From positions 42,408,001 to 42,472,000 of the forward strand of contig NC_043013.1 of the NCBI RefSeq assembly GCF_006345805.1: 64,000 bases of DNA. The letters run 5' to 3'. Position numbers and translations under genes: made by a program. Below the pieces are notes generated by a model, which saw only the letters and a program-made list of their open reading frames with translations, did no database searches and was not told the origin of the DNA. The stretch comes from Octopus sinensis (lineage: Eukaryota). This document shows, in pieces, positions 1-12,935 of the stretch; the first letter of the stretch is position 1; every line of letters begins with the position of its first letter.

Positions 1-559
1 GTGGTGTGTGTGTATGTGGTGTGTGGTGTGTGTGCGTGCGTGTGTGTTTATATATATATATATTTCATTAATGAGAGAGACGGAAGATGGAAGATACGAG
101 AATGTTTATTGATCACTACAATTGTCACGACCTATCTAGCATCGAGAGAGAGAGAGAGAGGAGGAATACATACAAACATGCATACATACATACATACATA
201 CATACATACATACATACATACATACATACATACATAAACCTACGAAGTAGAAATATTGTCTATACGTTTGTTTTTATATGTTTATACAGATTTTTACATA
301 TGTTTGTTTTTAATTTTATATCAAACTGAAGAACTATCCGACAGTTTCTGTAGAAAGCATATTTATTATACTTTCACAAGAGGCTAATCAGGTAAGAGAT
401 AATAACAATACAAAGTAAATAACTCTGAAAAATGCTTTTGTGCGTCCGCAGAGAATATTACCCTCAGTAGCGCTAGTGTTGGTATGTTCTTGATAAGTCA
501 CTAACCGAAATAAGTGGATCTGTTGTTTAGGAAAATACTATTTACTTTTTTAAGCGTTA

Positions 560-926
560 TACTTGATAAATTGCGAAAATAGCTCAAATAGTTCAAATAC
601 TAAGAAATAAGCATACTCAATTTGATTTTTACGAAATAATTTACGAACATGAATGGGTTATTCCCCCTTGGCTATGTATAAGGATCCCTTTCAGGAGCGA
701 ATGGGTTATTTTCCTTGGATGTTTAAAAATAATATATTAGTTATATGCAGTAGATATAAGAATCCCTTCCAGAGGCACTATTATTGATTATTTTTTCATC
801 AATCTAAGTATGTCACTAGTTTTCCAGACACTCACGTGTCAAGTTTCATCAAAATCCATAAAATGATATAGGACGAGTTACATAACAACGCCACAAACAC
901 ATCCACAGATTTCCACATATGTAGTA
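560..926. mobile_element. possible Helitron/Helentron-type non-autonomous element remnant
   Basis: Internal degenerate direct repeat (gaatgggttatt..ccttgg) and terminal aagtttcatcaaaatcc...acaaacac...tatata motif resembling DINE-1/HINE-like elements; ends not resolved. Confidence 0.3.
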
Positions 927-949
927 TATATATATATATATACACACAA

Positions 950-1145
950 AGTTAATCCAAACAAGAAGAGCACAAAGAAACACAACAACGTGAGGACGTG
1001 GAACAGATATAGTATTATTGGACGCTCAGGAAAGAAGGAAAGAAGGAGGGCTTAACGTTTCGAGCGGAGCTCTTCGTCGGAAACATAGGTGAAGGAAAGA
1101 TCCAGAGAAGGGAAGACAGAGGAAAAAAATCGCCAACGGTACACA
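950..1145 (-). mobile_element. Penelope-like terminal-repeat remnant with hammerhead-like motif
   Basis: Minus strand ccgacga-a-gagc-tcc-gctc-gaaacgtt...agcgtc; related copy at 32722-32985 (+); flanked by microsatellites. Confidence 0.5.
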
Positions 1146-1152
1146 CACACAA

Positions 1153-1186
<34 letters not shown>

Positions 1187-1207
1187 TAATATATATATAT
1201 ATATATA

Positions 1208-1367
1208 TGACGGGTCTTTCAGTTTCCGTCTACCAAATCCACTCACAAGGCTTTGGTCAGCCCGAGGCTATAGTAGAAAACACTTGCCAAAAGTGCCATG
1301 CAGTGGGACTGAACCCGGAACCTTGTATTTCGGAAGCAAGCTTTTTATCACACAGCCGCACTTGCCC

Positions 1368-1368
<1 letters not shown>
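1208..1368 (-). mobile_element. SINE family A, 5' half
   Basis: Reverse complement of the family A head (gctgtgtg..ttccgggttcagtcccactgc..ttggtagacggaaactgaaaga). Confidence 0.85.
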
Positions 1369-1404
<36 letters not shown>

Positions 1405-1443
1405 CATATATATGTGTGTATGTGTGTGTTTTTGTGTGTGTGC

Positions 1444-1476
<33 letters not shown>

Positions 1477-2056
1477 TGTATATTCGCCACTTAAAAGTTG
1501 ATGTTGCATTAGAACACACATATAGAGCAATATGAACCAAGAGAAGAAACTCTCATGTGCTTATTTGGTGCATAGAAGTACATCATAGCTATCGTCAGCG
1601 ACAGACAATCAGCACTACTTCTGCCGTTCGGCTACCAGATCACGCGAATTCAAATTGTATGGTATTAAAACTACTCCTGTCGCTCAATTTACTTTTCAAT
1701 CAGCCTACTGGTTTTAGCGACATCAGCTTTTGCTTTGTCTCTGTATTCCTATATATATATATATCGCTTGCGCAGCAGTTACTGCTAACTCCAGCCGCTT
1801 GATGTCTATCACTGAAAAGGTCAAATAATTATTGAGAGACATCCTATAAATAAAGATCATTACATATTTTTTTTTTCATATTGTAGTAAACTTGACTTAC
1901 GGCTGTTTCCAGTTATATTTATAGGTTCGTTATTGATTGGTTTACTCAGTCGGCCCATTGATAGGCTGGGAAAATTTTAAAGATCTAGAGAATTAATGCG
2001 ACTTTCGTCGGAGTCATTTCTGGTTATAAGCAAGCAGAACACTAATACACACACAC

Positions 2057-2114
<58 letters not shown>

Positions 2115-2191
2115 GGGAATATTATTCCAAACTTACAGGGAAAAATTCAATTTAGTAATACTAAATCAAATTTCACATTATATAATACATG

Positions 2192-2470
2192 TATATAATT
2201 TAGAAAAGGACCACCTTTTATCAATTCAACAATGAAATAACAATGATATAATTAAATTATACCATTTAGAAAAAAATTAGATATACAATAAAAACATATA
2301 CCAATAATTAAGTAAAGTATAAAATAATAAATAAAAAGTATATAATTGGTAAAAGGACTACACTTTTACCAATTATAATATATTTTTTAGTTTTTTCTAT
2401 ATGGTATAATTTAATTATATCATTGTTATTTCATTGTTGAATTGATAAAAGGTGGTTCTTTCCTAATTCA
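2192..2470. repeat. long inverted repeat (~80 bp arms) with inner hairpin
   Basis: 2200-2280 is the reverse complement of 2390-2468; inner tataattggtaaaag/cttttaccaattata hairpin. Confidence 0.85.
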
Positions 2471-2477
2471 TATATAT

Positions 2478-2745
2478 ATTTCACCGTGATCACCGTGACC
2501 GACCAGGCTATCAGATGTTGCTACACATCGCTGGTCACAATGCGCTTTGCATTGTTTTAGCCTTCGAGTGATGCCACCCCGCTGGCTAAGCGAGCATGCC
2601 AACAAAAGAAAGAGTGAGAGAACGTTGTGGCGAAAGAGTACAGTAGGGATCACCACCACCCCCTGCTGGAGCCTTGTGGAGATTTAGGTGTTTTAGCTCA
2701 ATAAACACTCACAACGCCCGGACTGGGAACCGAAACTGGTCCATT
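2478..2745 (-). mobile_element. SINE family C copy (alternative 3' tail)
   Basis: Shares head/body with 5158-5340 in reverse orientation; its tail recurs at 9682-9798. Confidence 0.75.
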
Positions 2746-2751
2746 GCGCAT

Positions 2752-2809
<58 letters not shown>

Positions 2810-2864
2810 ACACACACATATATATATATATATATGTATATATACACACATGTATATTCAACAC

Positions 2865-3130
2865 CCACTGAGAGTCGATGCTGCAGGGTTCTCTGCTACA
2901 TCCTCCGAAGTGTTACATCGGAAGCAGTCATCTGCAAATGATCTGGCCGTACCCTTAGGTGAGACCAACCGATGCTATGGATATCATCCCACCATCTCGT
3001 GGTGATCTTCTTCTTGGTCTCCTACCGCTTAATCTTGCCCGACCAATCTATCTTGTGAATCTTTTCACGGCCATTTTAACCACATGTACGAAAAAATCAA
3101 GAGCCAAGAGCTGCGTCCTCTCAATGTGCA
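2865..3130 (-). mobile_element. probable RTE-clade LINE 3' fragment
   Basis: Minus-strand decayed translation ..FFVHVVKM..GRRPRRRSP.. resembles the RTE C-terminal GHV..GxRxRGRP region. Confidence 0.4.
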
Positions 3131-3219
3131 GAAATTGTGGGTCGACCTGGAGCGACGAGATACGCACCCTGCTTGGGTGACGCCACTCCAGCTACCATTC
3201 GACGGAAACCCCGTTTTGG

Positions 3220-3438
3220 CTGCTTATATTCGCGATCGGAGTTTTTCGGTCACCAGACGATATTTTTTGACCGCGAATTTTGGAAGAGGGATTTTGCAAG
3301 TCTAACAGATAGATGGAAGACGATTGTAGAAAATGAAGGAGAGTATATTTTTAGATTAAAAAAGAACTTTGTTTCTTTTAATTTTGAAAATTAAAAGAAT
3401 AATAAATAAAGCCGTATCATTCATTGGATGACCCAATG
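3220..3438 (+). mobile_element. mariner transposon 3' remnant
   Basis: EFWKRDFASLTDRWKTIVENEGEYI matches the mariner C-terminus; ends in TIR-like tggatgacccaat. Confidence 0.75.
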
Positions 3439-3439
3439 T

Positions 3440-3486
3440 ATATACATACATACATACGTACATATAGATACATACAACATACATAC

Positions 3487-3554
<68 letters not shown>

Positions 3555-4215
3555 TACGTATATATATAAGTATGTATGCATGTATGTATGTATGCTATGT
3601 ATGTATGTATGTATGTTGTATGTATGTATGTATGTATGTATGTATTTATGTATGTATGTATGTATGTAAATAAGTATGCATGCATGTATGTATGTAAGTA
3701 TGCATGCATGTATGTATGTATGTATTTATGTATGTATTTATGTATGTATGTATGTATGTATGTATTCATGTATGTATTCATGTATGTATGTATTTATGTA
3801 TTTATATATGTATGTATGTATGTATGTGTGTATGTATGTATGTATGTATGTACGTCTACGTTGATACACACATATATTCACACGTACACAGACAGACACA
3901 AACATACACACATCTACACAGTCGCAAGTGTTTGGAGGTAGGTTACAAAGATGCATGCAGCCTGACCTATGTTTATTTATACATAACATTCATGCGCTCA
4001 TACTTATCTACAAAATCATATGTACTCACATAATGCTTACGCTTTTCTTATAAACACGTACACATACATACATACATACATACATACATACATACATACA
4101 TACATACATACATACATACATACACATACATACATACACATACATACATACATACATACATACATACATACATACATACATACATACATACATACATACA
4201 TGCACACATGCATAC
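3440..4215. repeat. compound (TA)n/(TATG)n/(CATA)n microsatellite tract
   Basis: Seen directly. Confidence 0.95.
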
Positions 4216-5157
4216 ATAATTACTTACTTACGTACCTACGTACAGAAATGTTTTTAGACGTACGCACATGAAGGGAATTTTTGATGACACTTAAAACAAA
4301 GGAAACGGCGAGCAGAAAACTGTGCGAGTGAATATCATTTTACTTCCTGTAGCCCTTCAGCCGAACAACCAATGGTAGCGAGCGTTATTTTCGTCAGTTA
4401 ACACCGGAAAGAAACCAGTTTTGTAGTCGCTTTATCTGACTTCAGTTTCTTTAAATAACTTTCGTGTGAGTTGTTTCCACTGACCCTACAACGAACTGCC
4501 CAACACTTAACCAACACTTAATCAACACTTCCAAACATAAAATAGTCGCTCTATCGAAATATGATCCTACACACACATACACACACACATCACATCACAT
4601 CACATCACATCACACACTCTCTTTCTTTTCCTCTTTCTCTTTCTCCCTCCCTCTCTCTTATCTCCTCTTTCAACAATGGGTTCAGTATCTCAGACATATT
4701 GATTCTATGCCACGACGCTATAAACCAAAATAAGGTTCCTATGTTTGCCCTTAACCATTCATTTTTATCATTTTTATCATATTCATTTATTTATTTATTT
4801 GCCAGTTGTTGTGTCCTATTCACCAGAACATCTTGCTAAATACAGATCGTGCCCTCACATCTAGCTTCCCTAAGACTGGAAGGTTGCCGGATAACTGAGC
4901 TTTTCCGTATATATATATATAATTATATATATATGATCATCACTTTTTAAGTTATCGTAACACTTCACAAAACTCGTTAAGATCAAAACCTTGTGAGCGG
5001 AATTTTGTAGACAGAAACTGAAAGAAGCCTATCGTGTGTGTGTGTGTGTGTGTGTGATGGAGACATAAATAAACCGGCTTCGATCGTCAAGTAGTGGCAG
5101 GAAACAAACACAATGACTGAAACAAGTAAAGCATAAAAGATATATATACATCAGTAC

Positions 5158-5650
5158 TACCAATGACCCTGTGGTTAGGGCAGCGGACTCACAGTCGTAG
5201 GATCGCGGTTTCGATTCCCAGACCGGGCATTGTGAGTGTTTATTGAGCAAAAACACCTAAAGCTCCACGAGGCTCCTGCAGGGGGTTGTGGTGAACCCTG
5301 CTGTACTCTTTCACCACAACTTTCTCCCACTCTTTCTTCCTGTTTCTGTTGTACCTGTATTTCAAAGGGCCAGCCTTGCCACACTCTGTGTCAAGCTGAA
5401 TCTCCCCGAGAACTACGTTAAGAGTACACGTGTCTGTGAAATGCTCGACCACTTGCACGTTAATAAATGAGCTGCGACGTCACTTGGATAACATCGGTGG
5501 CGTGAAGAGGAGAGGCTGGTATGAGTGAGCGACTGCTGGTCTTCCATAAACAACCTTGCTGGTCTTCCATAAACAACCTTGCCCAGACTTGTGCTTCGGA
5601 GGTTAACTTTCTAGGTGCAATCCATGGTCAGTCATGACCGAAGGGGATCA
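5158..5650 (+). mobile_element. tRNA-derived SINE family C
   Basis: Pol III A box (tgtggttagggcagcgg) and B box (ggtttcgattccc) followed by body shared with 2610-2745. Confidence 0.75.
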
Positions 5651-5849
5651 CAATCAATAATATTTAGAACGTCGGGCTCACAATCATGAAGTAGTAAGAT
5701 CGATTCCCGGACTGGGCTGTGCATTATGTTCTTGAGCAAGACACTTTACTTTTATCCCTTTACTTTACCGTTAATATTCTAAATATAATAGAAATGAGAG
5801 ACAAAGGAAGAAATATTAAAATATTTTTTATTAAAAAAAAGATTATTTT

Positions 5850-6029
5850 TTTGTCCTGTTTGACAACCGGTGTTGGTGTGTTTACGTCCCCCTGACGTAG
5901 CAGTTCGGCAAAAGACACCGATAGAATAATTACCAGACTTTACAGAAAAATAAGTACTGAGGTCGATTCATTGAACTAAAATTCTTCAAGGCGGTGCCCC
6001 AGCATGGCCGCAGTTTGAGGACTGAAACA
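5850..6029 (+). mobile_element. SINE family A 3' half
   Basis: tgacaaccgg..gatagaataa..ggtcgattcattgaact..ggcggtgccccagcatggccgcag..ctgaaaca. Confidence 0.8.
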
Positions 6030-6659
6030 TGATGAAGACTGGAGCCGAAACGTTGTGTTAACAACAAACGAGATGAGGACAAATATCCGTCAAATGTAAA
6101 TAATGTAAATTAATCAATTAATACAAATTAACGCAAATTCTTTTGGCTCTAATTGATTTCAAATTTTGGCACAAAGCCTGCATGTTTAACTGGTATTTAT
6201 TTTATCGACCCCGAAAAGATGAAAGCAAAGTCGATCTCGGCGGAATTTTAACTCGGAACGTAAAGACGGACGAAATGCCGCTGAGCATTTTGTCCGGCGT
6301 GCAAACTATTTTGCCAGCTCGTCGCCTTTCTCTTGTCTCTAATTAGCAACACATTTTTCCTTTCTCATTCTTCTCTCTTTTGGGTGCTGGTTGCTTGAGA
6401 ATTCCGGTTATTTGAGTATCGGATAAGAGATAGTTTATAGTATTTTACGTAAACATCACCAAATTTTCCGGTAAAAATCTTACCCCTTCTCACACGGAGC
6501 CCCTTTCACTGACCTATTTCCTAGCAATACTTGTAAACTTTATAACAGTGCTGTCGTTGTTGTCTTTGTTGATAAACAATTGACTTTTCACTATATTATA
6601 TATATATAGATATATATATATATATAAATATATAATATATATATATATATAATATACAC

Positions 6660-6717
<58 letters not shown>

Positions 6718-6897
6718 GTGTGTATGTATGTGTGTGTATATAATATATATATATGGTGTGTATATATATTATACTATACAATTGTTCGTTTGTTTTCACC
6801 TGCCTTCGTCTTTTGTTTATTTCATAAAGTTCCCGTATATATATATATATATATTATATATATATATATACACACATATATCTATATAATATACACC

Positions 6898-6931
<34 letters not shown>

Positions 6932-6943
6932 CACATATATATA

Positions 6944-6976
<33 letters not shown>

Positions 6977-8110
6977 CATACACACACACATCTGCTGTTT
7001 TTCAAAGTACGAATCTATATTTAAAACACTTTTACTCTGTTCATCTTCAATTGTCTTCGTTGTTTTTTCAGTTTGTCGTCTTTGTAAAATTCATCCAATC
7101 ATCAACTGAGTTGGCGAGAGAACATCTGCGTAATTGCAATGACTTATAGGAAATAGAAGTCAAATCAGCCTCGAATTACACTCTTAAATATTCTCATGCG
7201 CCCTTCGACTCATAAAGCCGGAACTTACTCATGGCGTAGAAATGTCTGAGATTACAACACTCCCCACCTTCTGCTAAGCTTGACGCCGGTCCGTTGCAGG
7301 TTTAACTTCTTAGCTAATGTTGGAACTCCTTTACAGGCCGAATAGACTGAAACAACGTGAAGAGAAGCGTATTGCTCAAGAACGCAACACACCGCATGGT
7401 TCTGGAATCGAAACTATAATCTTACGATCGTGAGAGCAAATCCCTTACCGCCAGGTCATTCGCCTTTGCGTGTTAAATAATGGACGGACATACTGGTTTC
7501 AAATTTTGGCACAAGGCCAGCAATTTCGGAGGAGGGGGCTAGTCGATCACAGTACACAACTGGTACATTTTTTAATCGAGTCCGCAAGGATGAAAAGACA
7601 AGGTCGGCCTCGGCGGAATTTGACCACCGAGCGATAAGACGGATAAAATGCCGCTAAGCATTTTTCCCATCGCGTTAACGGTTCTGCCAGCTCGCCGCCA
7701 TAATGGACGGTCATATTAAACAATGTGGCCTCCATGATATACAAAAAAAAAAGAATAAAAAAAAGGACATGATGGTTAACGTTTCAATGCAATGTGCTGC
7801 TAAAGTATACTTTGTGATGCCAGCAAATTTTGCATGTAAACAAACACAGAAACGTACCAAATCATAAATGCCAATTCAAATACCTTCTAACTATCTCTGA
7901 ATGCCAATATAAATACCTTATATAAAACTTTTATGGGATAATGTACTGACATTCAGAGAAAAATACATTTCAACAGAGGAAATAGCCATTTCTATATCAT
8001 ACTTAATATATAAGCGTCTTTGACAGGCGAGTTTCTGCGGCTTTCGTCCGATATAAGAACTCTTGTGAACATGCTGTACTTAAATATACATAAGTGCATG
8101 CGTGCGTGCA

Positions 8111-8172
<62 letters not shown>

Positions 8173-8399
8173 TGTGTGTGTGTGCGAGCGTGCAGTATAT
8201 AGACAAACAGTGACATACAGTCACTGGTTTTGCGACTAGCAAACTAGCTCGTTAAGGAAATCTCAATTAGAGATGAAAGCGAGCTGGGGGTAAACTACCG
8301 CTATGTCTAGCAGACGAATATCCACCACTGAGGATGATCATATGTGTGTGTGTGTGTGTGTGTGTGCGTGCGCGTGTTATTTTTGTTTGGTTTAAATGC

Positions 8400-9196
8400 T
8401 TAGCAGTATTATGAGAGTAGACAGATACATACATCGGCAGAATGGAAATGCAATCAGAGAACCACTACTTTCAAAAACAAACGTTGCAAAGCATTTAGAG
8501 TGGAGTAAAAACCTACAGAATTGGTCCCTAGAGCAGTAGAAGAATGTTATTTTCTCGGCCGAGTCATCCTTTACCTTATTTCCGACCACCGGCCGAGTAT
8601 ACGTGTGAAGACAGCCAAAATAAGCATTTGACCCAGTCCGCCTTCTTCTAACTGTTAAACATTGAGGAGGATCTGTAATGATCGGAGGCGGAGGGGTCTA
8701 TATCTTAGAAATCCGCCGGCCCAATGGTTTCCCTTCATCGCAGAATTAATAGTTTTGACTATTTAAGCATTTTATCTGATCAAATTCATCCTATGGCTAC
8801 AGGACTGTTTCCGGGGGGAAACGCAATCTTTCAGGGTGAAAATGCACCAATTCACACATTTTAAGTTCTTACTGAATGGCACGAGGAACATTCTAGTGAA
8901 GTTGAACATCTAATCTGGACACCACAGTCGCCAGATCTCAATATTATTGAACATTAATGGTGCATTTTGGTAAAACAAGTAAAGAGTCGATTTCATCCAC
9001 CATCATCACTACAAAAACTGGAGACTGTTTTAGCTGAAGAATGGAGAAAGATTCCTTTGGAAACAATTCAAACTTTGTACGAGTCCATACCTCGTACAAT
9101 TCAAGGTGTAAATACTGCTAAAGGCGGTCCTATCCCATATTAAAATAAAATTTGTTTGAAATTTTAAGGTGTTTCGATTATTTTATCCAACCCCTG
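8400..9196 (+). mobile_element. Tc1 (DD34E) transposon, decayed transposase and right TIR
   Basis: Frame with stops reads KPLLSKTN..VIFSAESSF..TVKH*GGSVM..FQGENAPIH..WTPQSPDLNIIEH..KGGPIPY; ends ..ccaacccctg|TA. Confidence 0.9.
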
Positions 9197-9200
9197 TATA

Positions 9201-9369
9201 GGAGTGGCAGTGTGGTAAGTAGCTTGCTAACCAACCACATGGTTCCGGGTTCAGTCCCACTGCGTGGCATCTTAGGCAAGTGTCTTCTGCTATAGCCCCG
9301 GGCCGACCAATGCCTTGTGAGTGGATTTGGTAGACGGAAACTGAAAGAAGCCTGTCGTATATATGTATA

Positions 9370-9416
<47 letters not shown>

Positions 9417-9670
9417 GTGTGTGTGTGTGTGTGTGTGGTGTGTGTGTGTGTGTGTGTGTGTTGTTGGTGTGCCTGTGTTTGTCCCCCCAGCATTGCTTGA
9501 CAACCGATGCTGGTGTTTTTACGTCCCCGTTACTAGCGGTTCGGCAAAAGAGACCGATAGAATAAGTACTGGGCTTACAAAGAATAAGTCCTGGGGTCGA
9601 TTTGCTCGACTAAAGGCGGTACTCCAGCATGGCCGCAGTCAAATGACTGAAACAAGTAAAAGAGTAAAAG
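9201..9670 (+). mobile_element. full-length SINE family A (tRNA head, CORE-like segment, internal microsatellite)
   Basis: gtggcagtgtggtaag A box, ggttcagtccc B box, cttaggcaagtgtctt CORE-like stretch, tail ctgaaacaagtaaaagagtaaaag; resembles described octopus OR-type SINEs (unverified). Confidence 0.9.
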
Positions 9671-9820
9671 ATATATATATATCACGTGATCACGTGACTG
9701 ACCAGACCATCAGATGTTGTTACACATCGCTGGTCACAATGCGTTCGCATTGTTTTAGCCTTCGAATGACGCCCCCGCTGGCTAAGCGAGCAGGCCAATA
9801 TTATATATATATATATAATA

Positions 9821-9890
<70 letters not shown>

Positions 9891-9896
<6 letters not shown>

Positions 9897-10800
9897 TAAA
9901 AATAGGATAAATATTTATAAGAATTTATCAAGTAGTTAGCGTGAAAAACCTCATAAAAGAAAAATCCATCAATTTTTCTCTTAAATATATTTATTCATAT
10001 AATATAGAGGGCATTACTATACATAAATGCCATACGCTAGGAGGGACTCTTAAAGTCAAAACTACCAAAATAAATAAACACATAGTACCGAATGCGATGG
10101 AATGCAACTCTCAAAGCGAGCATTTTAAAAACAGAATTCAGCTGCAAATCACATGATTTCATAATTAGTGCAGAAACGCACTTTTTAATCTTCGGTGCAA
10201 GCATAATTCAAGATTTATAACGAATGAACAAAAATCAACATACCAATTGAACATCCAATGTACCCAGCGTAGTATATAGAATTATTCAACCATTATACAT
10301 CTATGAAAAAGGCGGGCTTTTTCTATTTGCATCTCGGTACAACGTGTTTATTCGGAATTAAAATTCAGCACTGAATATACTCTGGTAAAATTTACAATTT
10401 TAAAATAGGATAAAATCATTATAAGAATTTATTAAGTAGTTAACGTGAAAAACCTTTTGTTCATTCGTTATAAATCTTGAATTATGCTTGCACTGAAGAT
10501 TGAAAAGTGCATTTCTGCACTAATTATGAAATCATGTGATTTGTAGCTGAATTCTATTTTTAAAAGCCTCGATTTGAGAGTTGCATTTCACGGATCTCGC
10601 TAGTATTCCATGAATATATATCGCTGACAGGTAAGCTACTGCTGTTTTCATCCGTCTCCCTCTATTACACACACCATTGTGTTCGACGTCCTTTTGGTGT
10701 CCTGTACACATATATGCGTGTATATGTACATGTAGAGGTAGGTACGTACATATATGTTTATATATATGCATATGTTTTATTTTATTTATTAATATATTAT
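9891..10800. mobile_element. Penelope-like remnant with direct plus inverted terminal repeat segments
   Basis: 9891-9950 directly repeated at 10393-10455; 10100-10232 inverted at 10457-10590; 10675-10790 matches 32985-33093 in reverse. Confidence 0.55.
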
Positions 10801-10892
<92 letters not shown>

Positions 10893-11516
10893 ATATGTAT
10901 GTATTATGTATGTATGTATGTATGTATGTATGTATGTATGTATGCGTTGTTTTTTAAACTCAGCACGTCCATAATAGATTTTTTCTCGGACGAAAACGTC
11001 AGTTAGTTTGCCTTTCAACGATGAACATACATTAAGTATGATACACAGTTGACTACTTTAATTTAATACTGCATCGATTGTGTACACCGATGAGAAAAAT
11101 GTATCTAACGTATACTTTATTTTACATAATTACGCATTATAATATATATTATATATTACTATACATTATTATACATTCAGGGAATTTCTTCACACCAATT
11201 TATTCTCATAATCTGTCACAAAACTGCTGTAGTGAGTTTCATTTCATGCATTTAATGTCTTAGAGTAAAGATTTAAATCTTATCAATGTGCTCAAGGTAG
11301 TTGCTTTAAAAGAGGCGCCATGTTTTAAATTTAATGTTGTTGAGTTAGGAGAAACATCTTCCGGTAACTACCGAAGAACAAAGGCACGGAAAAAGATTTA
11401 TTTTAAATTCTGCCAAAAAAGGAAAGAAAGGTGGGGAAGCATTATTGTCTATCAAATTCTTTATGAGATATATTCAACAAATATTCTTACAAGTTTTGCA
11501 TATATCTTCTCTTCAT

Positions 11517-11950
11517 CGTTTATTTGTTTGAGCCATTGGACTGCGGCCATGCTGGAGTACAACCTTGAATGAGTTTTGTCGAACGAATCAATCCCCAGTA
11601 CTTCCTTTTCAACGCCTGATACTTATTCTGTTGGCTCTTTTGCCGAACCGCTAAGTTACATGAAATGTGAACAAACCAGCATCGATTGTTAAGCAGTGCT
11701 AGGGAATAAACACAAAGACACAAACACACACACGCACACACACAGATATATATATATATGTATGTTTGTGTGTGTATGTATACATGTATATACACGACGG
11801 TTTTTTTTTCCGGTTTCCGTCAAGCAAATCTACTCACAAGGCTTAGCACTATAGCAGAAGACCCTTGTCATAGGTGTCTCACAGTGGGACTGAACCCAAG
11901 ACCAGATGGCTGGAAAATAAGCTTCTTAACTAGACAACCACGCTTGCGCC
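11517..11950 (-). mobile_element. SINE family A (diverged)
   Basis: Reverse complement of the family A tail and head. Confidence 0.8.
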
Positions 11951-11965
11951 TAAAGTAAACATGTG

Positions 11966-12038
11966 GATCCCTGGTCAGGCTTGAACCACCAATTTTAGGT
12001 TAACAGCCGAACATGCTAACCGATTGCACCACAGTGAC
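11966..12038 (-). pseudogene. tRNA-Asn(GTT) pseudogene
   Basis: gtcactgtggtgcaatcggttagcatgttcggctGTTaacctaaaattggtggttcaagcctgaccagggatc aligns end to end with animal tRNA-Asn; CpG decay, 1-nt deletion, broken T-stem. Confidence 0.85.
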
Positions 12039-12551
12039 GCCTCAAAATCATATCAATCTAGAACATTAATTAATTCGCACCAAGTGGTTGATCTTGCAGT
12101 ATTAACTCCCCCGCCCCATTCTTTATTAATTTGCTCGTAATATTCATTATGATCTAGATTAGAACATTTCGTCATTGGCAGAGTACTTAATTTTGGCATT
12201 CGTTCAATGAAATTGACTGAGTTCAACGCCCTAAGCAATTCTAATTTTACGAAACAAATCACCAGATAAAACCTGTTGAAACTTCTACTCTTTATGTCAA
12301 ACAAAAATTTTAAATATTTACTTATTAAAGATACATTTGAAGACACAATCGCTCCTGGAATTTTTAATTACTAGACATGAGTTTCATAAACTACAAAATA
12401 TAAATATCAACACTACAACACTTGAAACGTACTTGTTATAACTCTTTATTTGAATGTACGTGAAGGTATTTAGAATGCCCAAACTTATTTCTGCAAATGT
12501 GCTAAGCACTGATGCTGATCGCAGTTTAATCAAAAAGCATAGGAGCGTGGT

Positions 12552-12935
12552 AAATGCAGTAAAAATAGGGGCATCAGTGAGGCCCTATTTAAGCAGCCCT
12601 TCAGAAATTGAACAACCCTCTTATGATACTCCCTGTGAGTTTATGGTATAAAATTCATTGTCATTGCTCCGATTTTTGTCGCCAATGACATGTATTTAGT
12701 TAAAACGCAGTAAAAATGGGGGAGGTTAGTGGGGCCCCATTTAAGCGGCTCTTCAGAAATTGAACCCTCTTACAAAACTCCTTGGGAGTTTAAGGTATGA
12801 AATTCATTATGATTGCTCTGATTTGGTCGCCAATGACATGTATTTAGTTTAAAATGCAGTAAAAATAGGGGGTCAGTGGGGCCCCAATTAGGCGGCCCTT
12901 AACAGAATAGACCCCCTTAGGATATTCCCTGGGAT
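12552..12935 (+). repeat. ~150 bp tandem repeat (about 2.5 units), probably inside a Helitron/Helentron-like element extending to ~13045
   Basis: aaatgcagtaaaaataggg..(c)cctatttaagc.. unit starts near 12552, 12702, 12852. Confidence 0.8.

Noticed and set aside
9201-9270. SINE heads as functional tRNA genes
   Set aside because: A/B boxes present but no cloverleaf; they continue into SINE bodies
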